A DNA stretch of 64,000 bases from Carcharhinus amblyrhynchos (Eukaryota), in assembly GCA_965287045.1 (NCBI GenBank), contig OZ336883.1, forward strand, positions 16,802,001 through 16,866,000, read 5' to 3'. How positions within the stretch are numbered: position 1 is the stretch's first letter; each line of letters begins with the position of its first letter. Positions 37,175-50,890 of the stretch are shown piece by piece. Under the pieces are notes generated by a model. It was not told the origin of the DNA and did not search any database. It worked only from the letters and a program-made list of their open reading frames with translations. The position numbers and the translations under genes are program-made.

Positions 37175-37457
37175 TATGGTGGCACAGTGGTTAACACTGC
37201 TGCCTCACAGCACCTGGGACCTGAGTTCGATTCCCTGCTTCGGTCACTTTTCCTGTGGAGTCTGCATGTCCTCCCCGTGTCTGTGTGGGTTTCCTTCCAT
37301 AGTCCAAAAGATGTGCTGATTAGATGCATTGGCCATGCTAAGTTCTCCCTCAGTGTACCCGAACAGGTGCTGGAGTGTGACGACTAAGGGGTTTTCACAG
37401 CAAGTTCATTGCAGTGTTAATGTAAGCCTACTTGTGACACTAATAAATAAACATTTA
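37175..37457 (+). mobile_element. V-SINE (tail B)
   Basis: Family match, head-to-head with preceding copy. Confidence 0.85.
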
Positions 37458-38179
37458 AAGAGAAAGTGGAAGTCAATGGTGGTTTCTGATAGTTCATTGT
37501 TGTGCTATAAAATAATTGACTTATCCAATGCATTCCCATTACAAGTCATTTATTTGCATATTAACAGATTAAGGCCACGATTCTCCTTGACATGTTAATG
37601 GCCAAACTTATGAGTTACTATCTGGTGAGCTGCTGAAGCAAATCAGGTGGAGGCAGAGACATCCAAAGGAGTAGACAGTCAGAGATCTGCTGGTTCCTGG
37701 GAATCAGCTGCCCCAAGGCAGGCCTTTGAGAAAGGTTCTTTTTCCTCTTGTCCTCCTGCCTGGGTGATCCCTCCCTTCACTTCATCAGCAATCGCGTGCC
37801 TCATTTTCTGCTGAAACTGCCCTTCTGTGGCTCCTAGCCTCCTGAAATCACTACTGCTGTCATTTGGTCAATGATGTGATATCATTAGGCCATCCCTCAC
37901 TTCCTGGCCTGTGACCCTCAGGCCCCACCTCTGACTGCCTGTTTCCCTAAGTCTTATGTGGATATAGAGACTGATGAGATAGCTGAATCATCAATGATGA
38001 TAGACAGTTGATAGGAGGCTCAAGGCTAGAAGGAATGTGGGAGGACAAAGGTGTTAGCTGAGGCGAAGACTTGTGGATGATGAGGATTGAAAAACATGCC
38101 ATCTTCTTCCTGGCAAGTAGCCACACTCCATACAGCAGGGCAGCCTCAAGAATGCATGGATGTTCACTATTCTTCTTCC

Positions 38180-38720
38180 CTTGGAATACTGTGTACGGTT
38201 CTGGTCATCCTATTATACAAAGGATATTACTAAACTAGAAAGCGCGCAGAAAATATTTATTAGGATGCTATTGGGACTTGATGGTTTGAGTTATAAGGAG
38301 AGGCTGGATAGACTAGGATCTTTTTCCCTGGGGCATAGGAGACTTGGCGTGATCTTATAGAGGTTTATAAAATGATGAGGGGCATAGATCAGCTAGATAG
38401 TCAACACCTTTTCCCAAAGATAGGGCACAGGTTTAAGGTGAGAGGGGAGAGATACAAAAGGGTCCAGGAGGGCAATTTTTTCACACAGAGGATGGTGAGT
38501 GCCTGGAACAAGCTGCCGGAGGTAGTAATAGAGGCGGGTACAATTTCATCTTTTAAAAAAAATTTAGACAGTTACATGGATAAGATAGGTGTAGAGGGGT
38601 ATGTGCCAAATACAGCAATTGGGACTAGCTTTGTTGTTAAAAAAATGTGCTGCATGAACAGGTTGGGCTGAAGGGCCTGTTTCCATGCTGTCCATGCTGT
38701 AAACTTCTATGACTCTATGA
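38180..38720 (+). mobile_element. CR1/HER1-like LINE 3' fragment
   Basis: LEYCVRFWSSYYTKDITKLESAQK...GHRFKVRGERYK...GNFFTQRMVSAWNKLP; tail TTCTATGACTCTATGA. Confidence 0.9.
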
Positions 38721-40121
38721 CAACGAATTGACATTGTAGCCTTGTCCCCATCAATGACTTGCATCCAGCCTCTTGCGCTGAAGTGCTTCAATCCTCGCAA
38801 CCCCTTCTCCCCAAATGAGGAGCCAACATTCCCCAAGGCTGCTGGCAGCATCAATGAGTTTGATAAAGACTCTGCGGCCCTTATCCTGGGACTGATGGCG
38901 GTTGGGGAGGGATGCTCACTGAGGGAACCTTATGTGCCTTCTTGTGTGAGCTGTGGCATATGCTTGTGTCATGTAAATTTAATACTGTGCAGGCGTAACC
39001 ACAGCCTAAAGATGAATGCTATTGAGAGATGCATGCCTTAGTCGGAAGCTTAGCTGAGATGAAGAGAGAACCATGTGGAGAGAAATGCTGTCAAAATATG
39101 GTTTCTGCATCTGCTGGAAGCTTTGCAACCATGGAAAAAGTAGCAATTGTTTAAAACAAAAGTGGCATGAGAAAGCAGGAGGGATCAGAGTGTAAAAATC
39201 AATGCTTTATTAGAGAAATGATGCGAGACTGACCAGCTGTGTGGAGAGTGAGAAAATATTTGAGGCTTAATGGAGCGTTAACTGATTCTGTCAACAATGA
39301 ACTCTTTGATCTGCCCTGGAGCTGACTGCCAAAAAAAACATTGAGTAGCTAATGGACCATCTGTTTCTTGTGTCAACAAACCTCAGCTAATCCCCTCTTT
39401 GATCTGCTCTGGAGCTGCCAATCAAAAGGGTTCAAACTGGTTGGACAACACCCAGGGTTCCTGAAATTAACCAAACAATGTGGAACTGAATGCTGATACA
39501 ATTTAGAAGATTTACAGATGTTTGGAGGCATGGATTTTGGAGTAACCCAGAGATCGCAAAGCTCTCGCATGAAGCAGACAGGAATAAACACAGGAACAAG
39601 GCATGAAAGTTAGATCTTAAGAGTGATCTTCTACTCTTGAAGTCCAGTCAAGGATCCCCCATCCCAAAAGAGACCTCCCGAGGTCAAGCCCTTCCCCAGG
39701 CATGAGGCGTCATTATCCCCACATAAGTTGAAGATCCCAGCAGAAAGTTCACAAGGGTACTTACCTCCTTGCTCCCCGTCATAGTCCAGAGTGCCTGGTC
39801 CTCACTTTTCAAGAGCTCCACTAACTGGTGCTGTGTGACTTCCCACCGGGGCAGCAGCATTCCAGGCTGGTGAATTGGACTTCCAGTCGGCTAATTGCAT
39901 CTAATTGTATTCAAATTAGTAATGATCGGGTTCTTGCTCGCTCTAGGCAAGAAGCTGATCGGCCCAAGCACAGCGGGTGGGGAGATTCACAATTGGCTTC
40001 ATGTCCAGCGAGAATCTCATTTTGTCCCAATTCAATGAGTCATTGTGATTCTCAGCTTGGACCATCAGCCCTGGAAAATCACTCCTACTGTTTGCCCATA
40101 TATTTAACACAGAAATCAAAT

Positions 40122-40430
40122 ATGGTGGCACAATAGTTACACTGATGTCTCACAGAGCCAGGGACTGGGGTTCGATTCCCAGTCTGGGTCACTGTCTGTG
40201 CAGAGACTGCAAATTCTCCCTGTGTCTGCGTGGGTTTCCTCCGGGTGTACCAATTTCCTGTCACAAGTCCACAAGATGTGCTGGTTAGGGAGAATTCAGC
40301 CATTGACCATGCTAAATTCTCCCTCAGTGTAACCGAACAGGTACCAGAGTGAGGCGACTCGAGGATTTTCACAGTAACTTCATTGCAGCGTTAATGTAAG
40401 CCTACTTGTGACACTAATAAATAAACGTTA
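40122..40430 (+). mobile_element. V-SINE (tail B)
   Basis: Family match. Confidence 0.85.
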
Positions 40431-41174
40431 AAGACAATAAAGCTGATGAACCTCTTGAAAAAATGGTCAGGCATTTTTTTCAGTTAGAAATATCCCTTAA
40501 TTGGTTTTGAAACCAAAAATCCAAGACAACTAACAAATACAAAGTTGAAGCAGCCAATTATTGAAAATATTTCAGATTCTTTGAGGGGGAATTTTCTCTT
40601 TCCCTTGGAGGCAGAATTGGGAATCAGGGGAAAGGAGAATGCATCGGGCTGGCTTTCCGCTGTAGTCATTTTTCCCAGGATGGACTGTGTGCACGAGTGG
40701 CACTCTCCCCAGCAGTGTTAGAAAGCCAATTGCTGCCATTACAACAGCAATTAACAGGATCATTTTTATGGCAATGACAACACAGTGGGATCCCACTGTG
40801 ACTGCAGCTTGAGTTCTAAAGGGCACAGTGGGAGTTTGGTGCACCATGCGATGCATATGACGAGTTAACTTTGAATGAACAAATTGGTAGGCATTTGGAC
40901 TTTTGCAGCCAAATGCTTTCAATTGGAAGCATTTCCTCTACAGATGGATCCACTAGGTAGTGCTGCATGTGCGATATTGGCTGCCTGTCTCAGCAGTGAT
41001 TTTATTCTCCATCTTGTGCTGTCCCTCATTCTCCATTCACCTGAACAGTACACATCGTTCACATTGAGATCAGCAGAAGCCCTTCATTTTGGGTCACTTG
41101 ACTGGCTCGCTACATCCCGACACCGGCATCATCCCTAATTGCACAGAGTTCCAGGAGGTAGCTTCTTCAAGAAG

Positions 41175-41517
41175 ATAGAATTTCTACAGTGCAGAAGAAG
41201 CCATTCAGCCCATTGAGTCTCTGACAGAGCACCTTACCCTGCACCCCCACCCTATCCCCGTAACCCTACACGTTACCCATGACCAATCCATCTAACCTAC
41301 ATACCTTTGGACACTAAGGGGCAATTTAGCAAGGCCAATCCGTCTAACCTGCACATCTTTAGAGTGTGGGTGGAAACTGGAGCACCCAGAGGAAACCCAC
41401 GCAGACATGGGGAGAATGTGCAAACTCCACACAGACAGTGACCCAAGGCTGGAATTGAACTTAGGTCCCTGGCTCTGTGAGATATCAGTGTTAACCGCCT
41501 TGCCATCGTGTCACCCC
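41175..41517 (-). mobile_element. HE1/V-SINE (tail A)
   Basis: Reverse-complement family match. Confidence 0.85.
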
Positions 41518-42159
41518 AAAATATATAGCACTTGATAATTGCCCATGCACAATTTTGGGTTCGAGCCCAGAATTCAGCTCTTGATTTCGTCAATGGGATA
41601 TTAACTGAATATCTGAAAACCACGCTTAAAGAATGGTCTGAAAAGTACAGATCGACAGCAGCTTAATTACAGGAAAAACATGATTTCTAAGACTAGATTT
41701 ATCGTTAAACTATTGGTCAGGCCGGAAAATAAAAACAACCAGAATTTTGCTGGATTGGGCACAGATCAACTGAACTTTGAGCTTTGTCTTTCCTTCCTGT
41801 GTTTGCTGAGATTATACGACTCATTATCAATCAATCATGCTTTACTTTCTTTTGATGGTAAGTTAAGCCATTCAATTATCAGCGATCAGAAATAATGGTC
41901 AGTAAAATTTTAGTCAAGTTTGGTACATGACCTTTACCCTCTGAAATAACCATGCCGTAATGCCAGTGGTAAATAGGATCTTAACCTGGCCAATTTAGCA
42001 AAATCAAATCTCACTGAAACCCAGATTAAGGGATGAATCTAATTGAGAGACCATCAATTTTTGATACAGGATAAGAATCACAGAATACTACAATTCAGTG
42101 GAGGCCCTTCGCCCCATCGAGTCTGCACTGACATGTGAAAGGCCCTGACCTGCCCCCCT

Positions 42160-43160
42160 AATTGGCTTGGTAATAGGAGACAGAGAGTAGTAGTGGAAGG
42201 ATCTTTTTCTAGCTGGAGGTTTGTCACTAGTGGTGTGCCGCAGGGTTCAGTACTACAACCTCATCTATTTGTAATATACATAAATGACTTGGAAGAGGGA
42301 GTACGTGGTGTGATCAGCAAGTTTGCAGATGACACTAAGATGGCTGGACTGGCAGACAGTGAGGAGCAATGTCAGGCAATACAACAAGATATAGATAGGC
42401 TGGTGTATTGGGCAGATAAATGCGCAGATAGAATTTAATCCTGATAAATGTGAGGTGATGCATTTTGGAAGAAATAATATAGGGGGGAGTTATATAATAA
42501 AGGGTAGACCTATTCAGAAACGCAGAGGGACCTGGGGGTGCAAGTGCACAAGTCTTTGAAGGTGGTAATACAGGTGGAGAAGGTTGTGAAGAAAGCTTAT
42601 GGTCTGTTAGCCTTTATAGGAAGGGGTATAGAGTACAAGAGCTGGCGTCTAATGTTGCAGTTGTATAGAATGTTGGTTTAGGCCGCATTTGGAGTACTGC
42701 ATCCAGTTCTGGTTGCCTTACTACTGGAAAGACGTGGAGGCCCTGGAGGGAGTGCAGAGGAGGTTTACCAGGATGCTGCCTGGTATGGAAGGACTGGGTT
42801 CTGAGGAAAGGTTGGGAAAACTGGGGCTGTTTTCTTTGGAAAGACGGAGAATGAGGGGAGATCTAATAGAGGTGTATAAGATTATGAAGGGTATAGATAG
42901 AGTAAACAGTGGTAAGCTTTTTCCTAGATTGGAAACAAATATTACGAGGGGCCACGGGCTTAGGGTGAGGGGGGGCGAGGGATAATTCAGATGTTAGAGG
43001 GACGTTTTTCACACAGAGGTTGTGGGGGTATGGAATGCACTGCCAAGTAAGGTGGTGGAGGCAGGCACGCTGGAGTTGTTTAAGGGATATTTAGATAGTC
43101 ACATGAGCAGGATGGAGATGGAGGGATATAAGAGACTGTTTTAAATAAGGATCATGAGCG
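42160..43160 (+). mobile_element. CR1/HER1-like LINE RT region, frameshifted; preceded by an inverted tail piece (about 42073-42155)
   Basis: VTSGVPQGSVL.P.LFVIYINDL...ISKFADDTK (RT motifs); EYCIQFWLPYYWKDVEALEGVQRRFTRMLPG. Confidence 0.92.
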
Positions 43161-43489
43161 TTGGGACGTCCCTGGGAATCAATTGATTCCTATGGACCTT
43201 CCAACCTATTTTCTGGCTCACTTGTTTTACTTTTGAGCTTCTGGGGATTCCCTTGAGTGTTTGCATAAGATGTGCATGTTATTGATGTTTTTCTCTTTTG
43301 ATCCACAGGTGCTTTGGTCCGCCTTGTTGTCCAACAAGGGGCATACACGCGATGGGTCGTGCGAGAGCTGCTCTTGGATGTTTCGAGATTGGCCGAGTGC
43401 TTCACGTCATTAGTATACGCTTAAACTGGACCAGCTGATGGGCAACATGACAGCTCAGTGACTATCACTGTTTGCTGTGCAGATACATG

Positions 43490-43778
43490 GATTTGGGCCA
43501 GTGTCTGTGGGAGTTTGCGCATTCTCCCCGTGCTTGTGTGGGTTTTCTCCGGGTTTCCGGTTTCCTCCCACACCCCAAAGATGTGCTCTTAGGCTGATTG
43601 GTGTAACAAATTGTCCCTAATTTAGTCTCCCCTCAATCTGATTTCCAGTGTGGAGTGCCATAAGCGTAGACAAGGGTCATGGGTGGAAGACAGGACTCAC
43701 AATGTTGAAATGGCGGTGTGGGCTCGTTGGGCCGAAGGGCCTGTTTCCCGTGCTGTGTTGTTCTTTGTTCTTTGTTCT
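43490..43778 (+). mobile_element. V-SINE variant with CR1-type tail
   Basis: V-domain ATTCTCCCCGTGCTTGTGTGGGTTTTCTCCGGG and tail GGGCCGAAGGGCCTGTTTCC...TGTTCTTTGTTC. Confidence 0.7.
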
Positions 43779-44699
43779 AATCCCACTTGCCAGCACTTGG
43801 CCCATAACCGTAAATTTTAAGATATGCCAAGTACTCATTCAGGTACTTTTTAAAGGATGTGATGCATCCCACCGCCACCATCCTCCCAGGCCTCTCAGTC
43901 ACGATCTGTCTCTGTTTGTAATCTATACCCTGATTGGTAAAGGCCATATACCTTTTTCACCACCCTATTAACCTGCCTTTCCGTCTTCAGCGATCTATGA
44001 ACAAACATGCCAAGGTCCCTTGAAACTCCCCAGTGTCAGACCTTTCGTAGTACACTTCCTTGTCGAATTACACACATATTAAAAGGCTAAATGGAGGCCA
44101 AGGAAGAAGTTGGTCAATGCAACTGTATGTAATAAAAGAACTCGGCATGAAATGCACCAAGATTTAACAATGTCAAATAGTTCATCAGATAGATGACTTC
44201 ATATGCCAGCTAGTCATCCCTCTGGAGGAAGATCCCTTCAGGTAAAAATGCATCAAAAGTGGCAGATCTTTAAGACTTAGAAGCCTGACCAAGAATCCTT
44301 AAAATGCCACCTCATTCCCTGCCAGAATGTATCAACTTAAAAATAATACTGGCAATTACTTCTATAATTGGATAAATGGAGTATAATTTCATTAGCTTTT
44401 GGCATAAAATCTCATTTATCTTGCTAATATTAATGCAAGGCTGTGGTCATACATTGTTAATCATTCATGTCTACAGATTAACTTGGACCATATAGAGACA
44501 ATAACACAGTGCTCGCCACGATGCATAACATGCAAATACAAGATGCACCAGCATAGGGGTTATGTTACTTCTATTTATATATTACACATTTGTGCCTGAC
44601 ATATTGTATCTCTGTGACATGTAAAATTCAAATTTGTGTTTATCAGAACTAACTTTGAGTTTGGTGATTTTAATTCCTGCATTTGGCTTTTTTAACTTA

Positions 44700-45035
44700 A
44701 TCATTCGTGGGACAGGGGTGTTACTAGTTGACCAGCATTTATTGCCTATACCTAGTTGCCCAAGGGCAGTTGAGAGTCAATCACATTGCTGTGGCTCCAG
44801 AGACACATGTAGGCCAGGCAAGGACGACAGATTTCCTTCCCTAAAGGAAGGCAGTGAGCCAGATTGTTTCTTTCGGTCGATCGACAATGTTTTATGGTCA
44901 TCGGTAGATTCTTAATTCCAGATATTTTTATTGAATTCAAATTCCACCATCTGTCACGGCGAGATTTGAACTCAGGTCCCCAAAATATTGGCTAAGTTTC
45001 TAGATTAATAGTCTAATGATAATACCACTAGGCCT
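44700..45035 (-). mobile_element. tRNA-derived SINE with probable Meta domain
   Basis: Reverse complement of the 13935-14318 element. Confidence 0.7.
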
Positions 45036-45799
45036 TCCCTTACCCTATGATACACAAAGAAAGACTACAGCCAATGCTGTCAAATTCTTCAATGTTGGTG
45101 GCTAAAATATGACCCACAGCTTATCAAGTCAGCATAAATGAGAATTAATTATGTAATATTAGAAAACAAGAGGTGTTTCTGATTAATGGGTATTTCTAAT
45201 GGTTAAAAAAACAAACCACTAAGCTGACAGCGTGTGTTAAAAATTAGATTAGGAGAGTTGTAAGTTGTATAACTTTAGCTAGCTAGCTGAGGGTAAGAAA
45301 TGCTTCCATGGTAGAAATTATGACATGCAATGTTCACATAGGTAAGCTTAAATTATCGTCCTAAATTCCTCTTTGAATTATTGATTTTAAATTAGATGAA
45401 ATAACATGTAGTGACACTTGTACAAGCTTGCCAAGTGTCTGAATTTCTACCTTCACATCAGAAGTGAATATAACAAAATGCACCCTCAGTTACCTGAATC
45501 ATGAAGACACTTCCGACAAATAGACATGTATGATTGATCGTGACATTGATGCCTCTATCTCCATGACATGTGCACACCATGACGTAGGCACACAATTAAG
45601 TCCATTGTAAGACCAATCACTTAATTAGTTCACAGGACTTGTGTATAGAGCTATACGAACATTACATACAACAAGGATTTTTTTTGTAAAGCACTGTGAC
45701 TTAATTTAAGAAACAGTGAGATCCAATTAAATACACCACAGGGAGGAGTTTAACTGAGACTATGAATATTTCATTTTTTGCTCAGATAGATTCTAGTGT

Positions 45800-47410
45800 A
45801 ATTGTGTAAGCACTGTATCATCTCACAAAATCTGTCTTCATGCTTCCTTTTCAAACTTTTACAATGTTTGAAGAACAAGCCATAATAGGCCCTTGCTATT
45901 GAATGTCACGCTCACTCAAATTCAAATTTCAGATCACATTGAGATCTTCCTTCCTTTGTTTTTTTGCTGTCTTTCATGGCTGCATTGTAATCTTCTTGAA
46001 ACAGAAAGAAAACAGTGGCATTAAACCAAGAAAATGCATTGAGACCCATCTCTATTTAAAAGCAATGACAGATGCTTGAAATAGGTGCAAGTAGATTGAT
46101 TAGTTGGCAAAGCTTTTTCTAATAAACAGCCCTGATTCTATAAACAGGTCCACTGAGCACAAGATTTTGCATAAAGCGAAGAGTTTCATTGCTGAGCATA
46201 ACATTGCATTATTGGTTTGCCTGCGATGCCTGAATTATGAGGAAGTTGAGACATGTATGTTTAAACATAAACCATTTGTTGCTAATCATTAACTAGTTAC
46301 AGATCTTAGATATTGTCATGGACGGTGTGATCTTCCATGCTAGCTGCTTCCAAAATGTTTTCTCAGTGTCTATTGCCAAGTAGCTATATACATCATACAT
46401 GAGCCATGCTATTCTCCAGTCTCATATTCACCTTTGCTCTGCAGAGCAGCTTTACATTATATTGGCGTGCAGGCATGTAATACAACTTCCTCCTTTCTTT
46501 TCAATCAGAAACTTTCCTCCCTCCTCTTGGAGTACAACTATTTGTACTCCAATCTTTACTTGCTATACCTTCTCTTTTATCTCAAGTCTTTAATTTTGTA
46601 AGTTCGGACAATCTTGAAGCTTGGCTGTTCTTCCACATCTCAGTCCATCACGTTTGGAGGAATGCTTCTGGCACATGGCTATCTCCATTTGATTTACTTT
46701 TCCTTCAAGTTGCATTTCTCTTTGTTGACAACTTGCCTGCTTTTTTTTTGGACTCTGTGGATTCTCATTCTTTCCAAAGGGAATGCATGCTCCGTTCAAT
46801 CGTGAAATGAACTTAAATTTTCTTTTTCAGTAGTGTCAGCCAAGTTCTTACTGGATGTATATATTTCGCAAATGGAACCATTATTTCACTTATCTCACAA
46901 TCTCAGCCAAACATCTGTTTGTTGTTTTATCTGCAAATCATTTTGCAAACTTTTGAATGAATCGTTTGATTCAGCTCAATGTCTTTCAGTACGTCCAAAG
47001 CATCTAGTGCCTTTTTTCTCACTGGAGACATGCACCTCAATGTCGAGTTTACAGTTCCTGATTTAATTTCTGTCTTGTCTTTCTCTGCCTGCAGCTTGGA
47101 AATTTCTGAAGCTTTTCCTTTCTATGCCAACTCATTGACGTTGCACCACTTTTTCAGTCTGTTTCTTGTAGATTTTAGCTTCCTCCTGGAATATGAACCA
47201 TTGCTGAGACTTCCCTGACAACTGGTTCTGCAGTTGTTCAGACTGATGTCAGATTCATTTTGCTCTCCTTTGCAATTTTCTAATGGAATCAACTTTACCT
47301 TGAGAAATTCTCAGAGCATGTGAAGAGCCTTCAACATTCCTGCAGATAGGGGCATGGTTCCTTGTTTCCCTTAGATTACACATATCATGCAAGTGCTTAA
47401 TTTTATGGCC
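45800..47410 (-). pseudogene. Possible decayed large coding exon (unidentified, K/E/S-rich)
   Basis: Acceptor-like TTTATTGCAG|G at 47410; repeat-free, purine-rich minus strand with long frames broken by isolated stops and frameshifts; no recognised domain. Confidence 0.25.
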
Positions 47411-47756
47411 TGCAATAAATAAGGGCTCTGATGTTGTCAAGTTGGACAAATTTACAAACATAAATTGAGAAGAAACATATGCTAAAACCTTAGAGAACAG
47501 GAATAAGAATAAAACTTGGAGCAAAGTGGTCATAAATAAGTAATTTGAGTACAGAAATTACAAGGTCAAACTTCTGGCATAGTGTCTTGCTAGATGTGAA
47601 GACATATCACATAATGTGTGTAACACTGTAACTCACATTTTACTCAACACAACAATGTCACATTATATCAGTGTGTATTGCTCTATTGACAAAGCTGTTC
47701 CGACCTCATGTTCACCTGAAAGATAACCTCCTGGAAATTCAATAGCAAGTTGCAGT

Positions 47757-48077
47757 TTAAAGTTTAAAGTTTATTAATCACAAGTAAGACTTATATTAAC
47801 ACTGCAATGAAGTTATTATGAAATTCCCCAAGTTGCCATAATCCGACACCTTTTTGGGTCAATGCACCTAACCAGCACATCTTTCAGAATGTGGGAGTAA
47901 AACCAGAACACCTGGAGGAAACCCACGCAGGCATGGGGAGAACATGCAGACTCTACACAGGCTGGGAATTGAACCCGGATCCCTGGTACTGTGAGGTAGC
48001 AGGGCTAGGCATTGTGAGGCAGCAGTGCTAGGTGCTGTGAGTCAACAGTGCTAACCACTGCACCACCATGCCGCCCC
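47757..48077 (-). mobile_element. V-SINE (tail B) with triplicated 23-bp head segment
   Basis: Units at 47985-48007, 48008-48030, 48031-48053 (GGTGCTGTGAGGCAGCAGTGCTA-like). Confidence 0.85.
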
Positions 48078-48631
48078 CGGGAATACTGGGAATCTGGGAA
48101 TCCACTGCATTTATAACATCGCCATTCTAGCTGAAGCATTAATTCATCCGGGAATCAGGTTCTGGAGCTTTAAGGTGAAATTGTTTTATTGAAGGAATAC
48201 GCCCAGGCTCACTAGAAATTACTAAAAGGATTCACACATCACCTTTGCCCACATATCCACTCTACGCGTTGCAAAGCTCACCAATTGGTCCCAATGCCTA
48301 TGTTTAAGTTTAATTAGGAAAGCTAAGTGAGTAGCTGAGTACAAGGTACTTCTTCTCTAGAATTACTTGACAAGATGTAAAAAGTACTTAGGTACATTTA
48401 TATATATTCAGGACATCCAAAGGGCTCCTTTTGAAGTGTAGTCATTGATGTTTTGTTCAAAACTCAGTAGCCAATTCGTGAACGGCAAGTTTTTGGAAAG
48501 AATAATTCGAGGAAATCTATTTGTGACATGGCTGACTGAAGGGGGAAAGTTGGCCACGATGCCAGGAATCACCCTTCCCTTTTCCTGATAAGGCAACAAG
48601 TGTTTTTTTTTCATTCATGCAAGGGATGTGA

Positions 48632-48942
48632 GTGGCACGGTGGCACAGTGGTTAGCACTGCTGCCTCATAGTGCCAGGGACTTGGGTTCAATTCCTGACT
48701 TGGGTCACTCAGTGTGGAGTTTGCACATTCTTCCCATGTCTGTGTGGGTTTTCTGTGGTTTCCTCCCACAGTCCAAAGGTATGTGGGTTAGGTGGATTGG
48801 CCATGTTAAATTGCCCCTTAGTGTTAGGAGCACTAGCTAGGGTAAATGCATAGGGTTATGGGGATGGGGCATGGGAGGGATTGTGGTTGGTGCACACTTG
48901 ATGGGCTGAGTGGCCTCCTTCTGCACTGTAGGATTCTATGAT
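48632..48942 (+). mobile_element. HE1/V-SINE (tail A), abutting a minus-strand CR1-clade tail (about 48940-49105)
   Basis: Family match. Confidence 0.85.
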
Positions 48943-49436
48943 GTGGGATTCGCTGGCTAGGTCAGCATTTACTGCCCATTCCTAATTGCCCTTGAGAAGA
49001 CCGTTTTGAGCCTTCTTCTTGAACTGCTGAAGTCTATGTGGTGTAGGGACACCCACAGTGCTGTTAGGGAGGGAGTTCCAAGATTTTGACCCAGCGACAG
49101 TGAAACTTATATCTGCCCTGAGTGAGTGGAATTTACCTAAGTATCTCATGCATAAGATGGCACTCTTAAGAAAGTACCTTTATACCACATCCCAACTTGC
49201 AAAGAGCATTCCTTACAGTGAGTGATTTCCACTCATTTGAAGCCTGCCCTCTCAAATTTCTGATGGTGCCTGAAATTGCTTCAATTTTGTTCATTATGTG
49301 GGTACCTAAGGTGCAACTAAGGGCATTGTTTATTTGGAAGAATTACAATCTGGACTTAGAAAAAGGTTAGCGCTGGTGAATAATAACAGCCAGGCAGATC
49401 TGTGAGATACACAAAGAGACTTACTAATTTGTTTAA

Positions 49437-49730
49437 CGTTTATTTATTAGTGTCACAAGCAGGCTTACATTAACGCTGCAATGAAGTGACTGTGAAAATC
49501 CCCAAGTTGCCACACTCCAGCGCCTGTTCAGGTACACTGAGGGAGAATTTAGCATGGTCAGAGCACCTAACCAGCACATCTTTCGGAGAGTGGAAGGAAA
49601 TCAGAGCATCCGGAGTAAACCCATGCAGTCACAGGGAGAACTTTCAGGCTCCACACAGACAGTGACCCAAGGCGGGAATTGAACCCAGGTTCCTGGTGCT
49701 GTGAAGCAGCAGTGCTAACCATTGTGCTTA
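49437..49730 (-). mobile_element. V-SINE (tail B)
   Basis: Reverse-complement family match. Confidence 0.85.
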
Positions 49731-50466
49731 CAATGGCATTCCCTTCAAAGTATGAGATATGTGAAGGACAAATAAGACTCAAGGTATTCAACTAGAAGCT
49801 TTCCTTACTCTTTAACATTTGTTTTTAATTTAATTGCATCACTGGAACAGTTAAAACTCTACCCATCCCTTACTGTAAAGCCATCTGTCACAACCTTAGC
49901 TGAATATAAACTAAATTGTTCTCACTCTGTATATTTACATAAACAAATAATCCACCAAAGCAAATTACACTTCTGCCCATTGAAATCCATTATTGTTCTC
50001 CCTGACTTGTTATTGTATAATTACTTCCCAGCAAAAAGCATTTTAATAGCCATCTGGTGTAAACTCGAGCAATAAAACATGTTTTGTTGTTCATCTCTCT
50101 TACATTGTTACGTTTTCTGTGAAATAAATCTAAAATTAAAAGATAGCAAAGCTGTGCGCTTCTGCTTAGGAATGCAGAGACTGTCAGGGACTGCAGGGGT
50201 TCAAGAAGGCAGCTCACCACTGCCTTCTCAAGGGCAACTGGGGATGGGTAATAATGCTGGCCTGGGGTAGACTTGATGGGATGAATGGTCTCCTTCTGCA
50301 CTGTAGGGATTCTATGATTCGATGATTCTATGAAAAAATAGAATTGGGATGCATCACATCTGTGGGATGGCTGCTTTGTTCTGTCTACAGAGTACATGAG
50401 ATTTTTCTCATACCGTTACATCGTGGATAATGATGAACAGCAGTTCAATATCTATCCCTTAAAAGT

Positions 50467-50890
50467 ACATCACAATAGCGATCACACACAGGAAACAGAA
50501 GATGTACTTCACAAAGAAAATCTCCTGCAAGCACTGACATGAACTGCAGGAATAGAGAACAATGGAAAACAGGTTGCATGGGAACAGCACATAATCTTGG
50601 GGTTCAGGCGAATTTGTTGCTACAGTCACCATAAAAGCAAATAAATCTTAGCTGACATTTGAAGTTACAGTGATTCAGTGAAAGGATTGCACAATAATAC
50701 TTCAAGTTTTAAGACTTTTACTGTAAGAAACAAACTAAAAGCAACATTGATCAACCGCTAATTATGAGGCACCTTATACTTTAAACATGCATTTTCAAGT
50801 CATACATGCTCATTAAAGGCCACCTTATCAGAACTAAGTTCCCCCTCCAAATTAAGTTACCCAGCAGCAAGACATTAGAATGTTTACTTC
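50467..50890. repeat. Direct duplication, copy 1 (about 420 bp)
   Basis: Colinear with 52045-52450, e.g. shared GAAGATGTACTTCACAAAGAAAATCTCC and GCATTTTCAAGTCATACATGCTCATTAAAGGC. Confidence 0.9.

Noticed and set aside
40781-40800. Perfect 20-bp palindrome CACAGTGGGATCCCACTGTG containing two RSS-like heptamers
   Set aside because: No nonamer at 12- or 23-bp spacing, no V/J segments, and orientation is not that of a signal joint; a palindrome of this size can occur by chance
46527-46552. 11-bp stem, 4-nt loop hairpin TTGGAGTACAA-ctat-TTGTACTCCAA
   Set aside because: Too short and isolated to assign a function; bacterial-style terminators are irrelevant here
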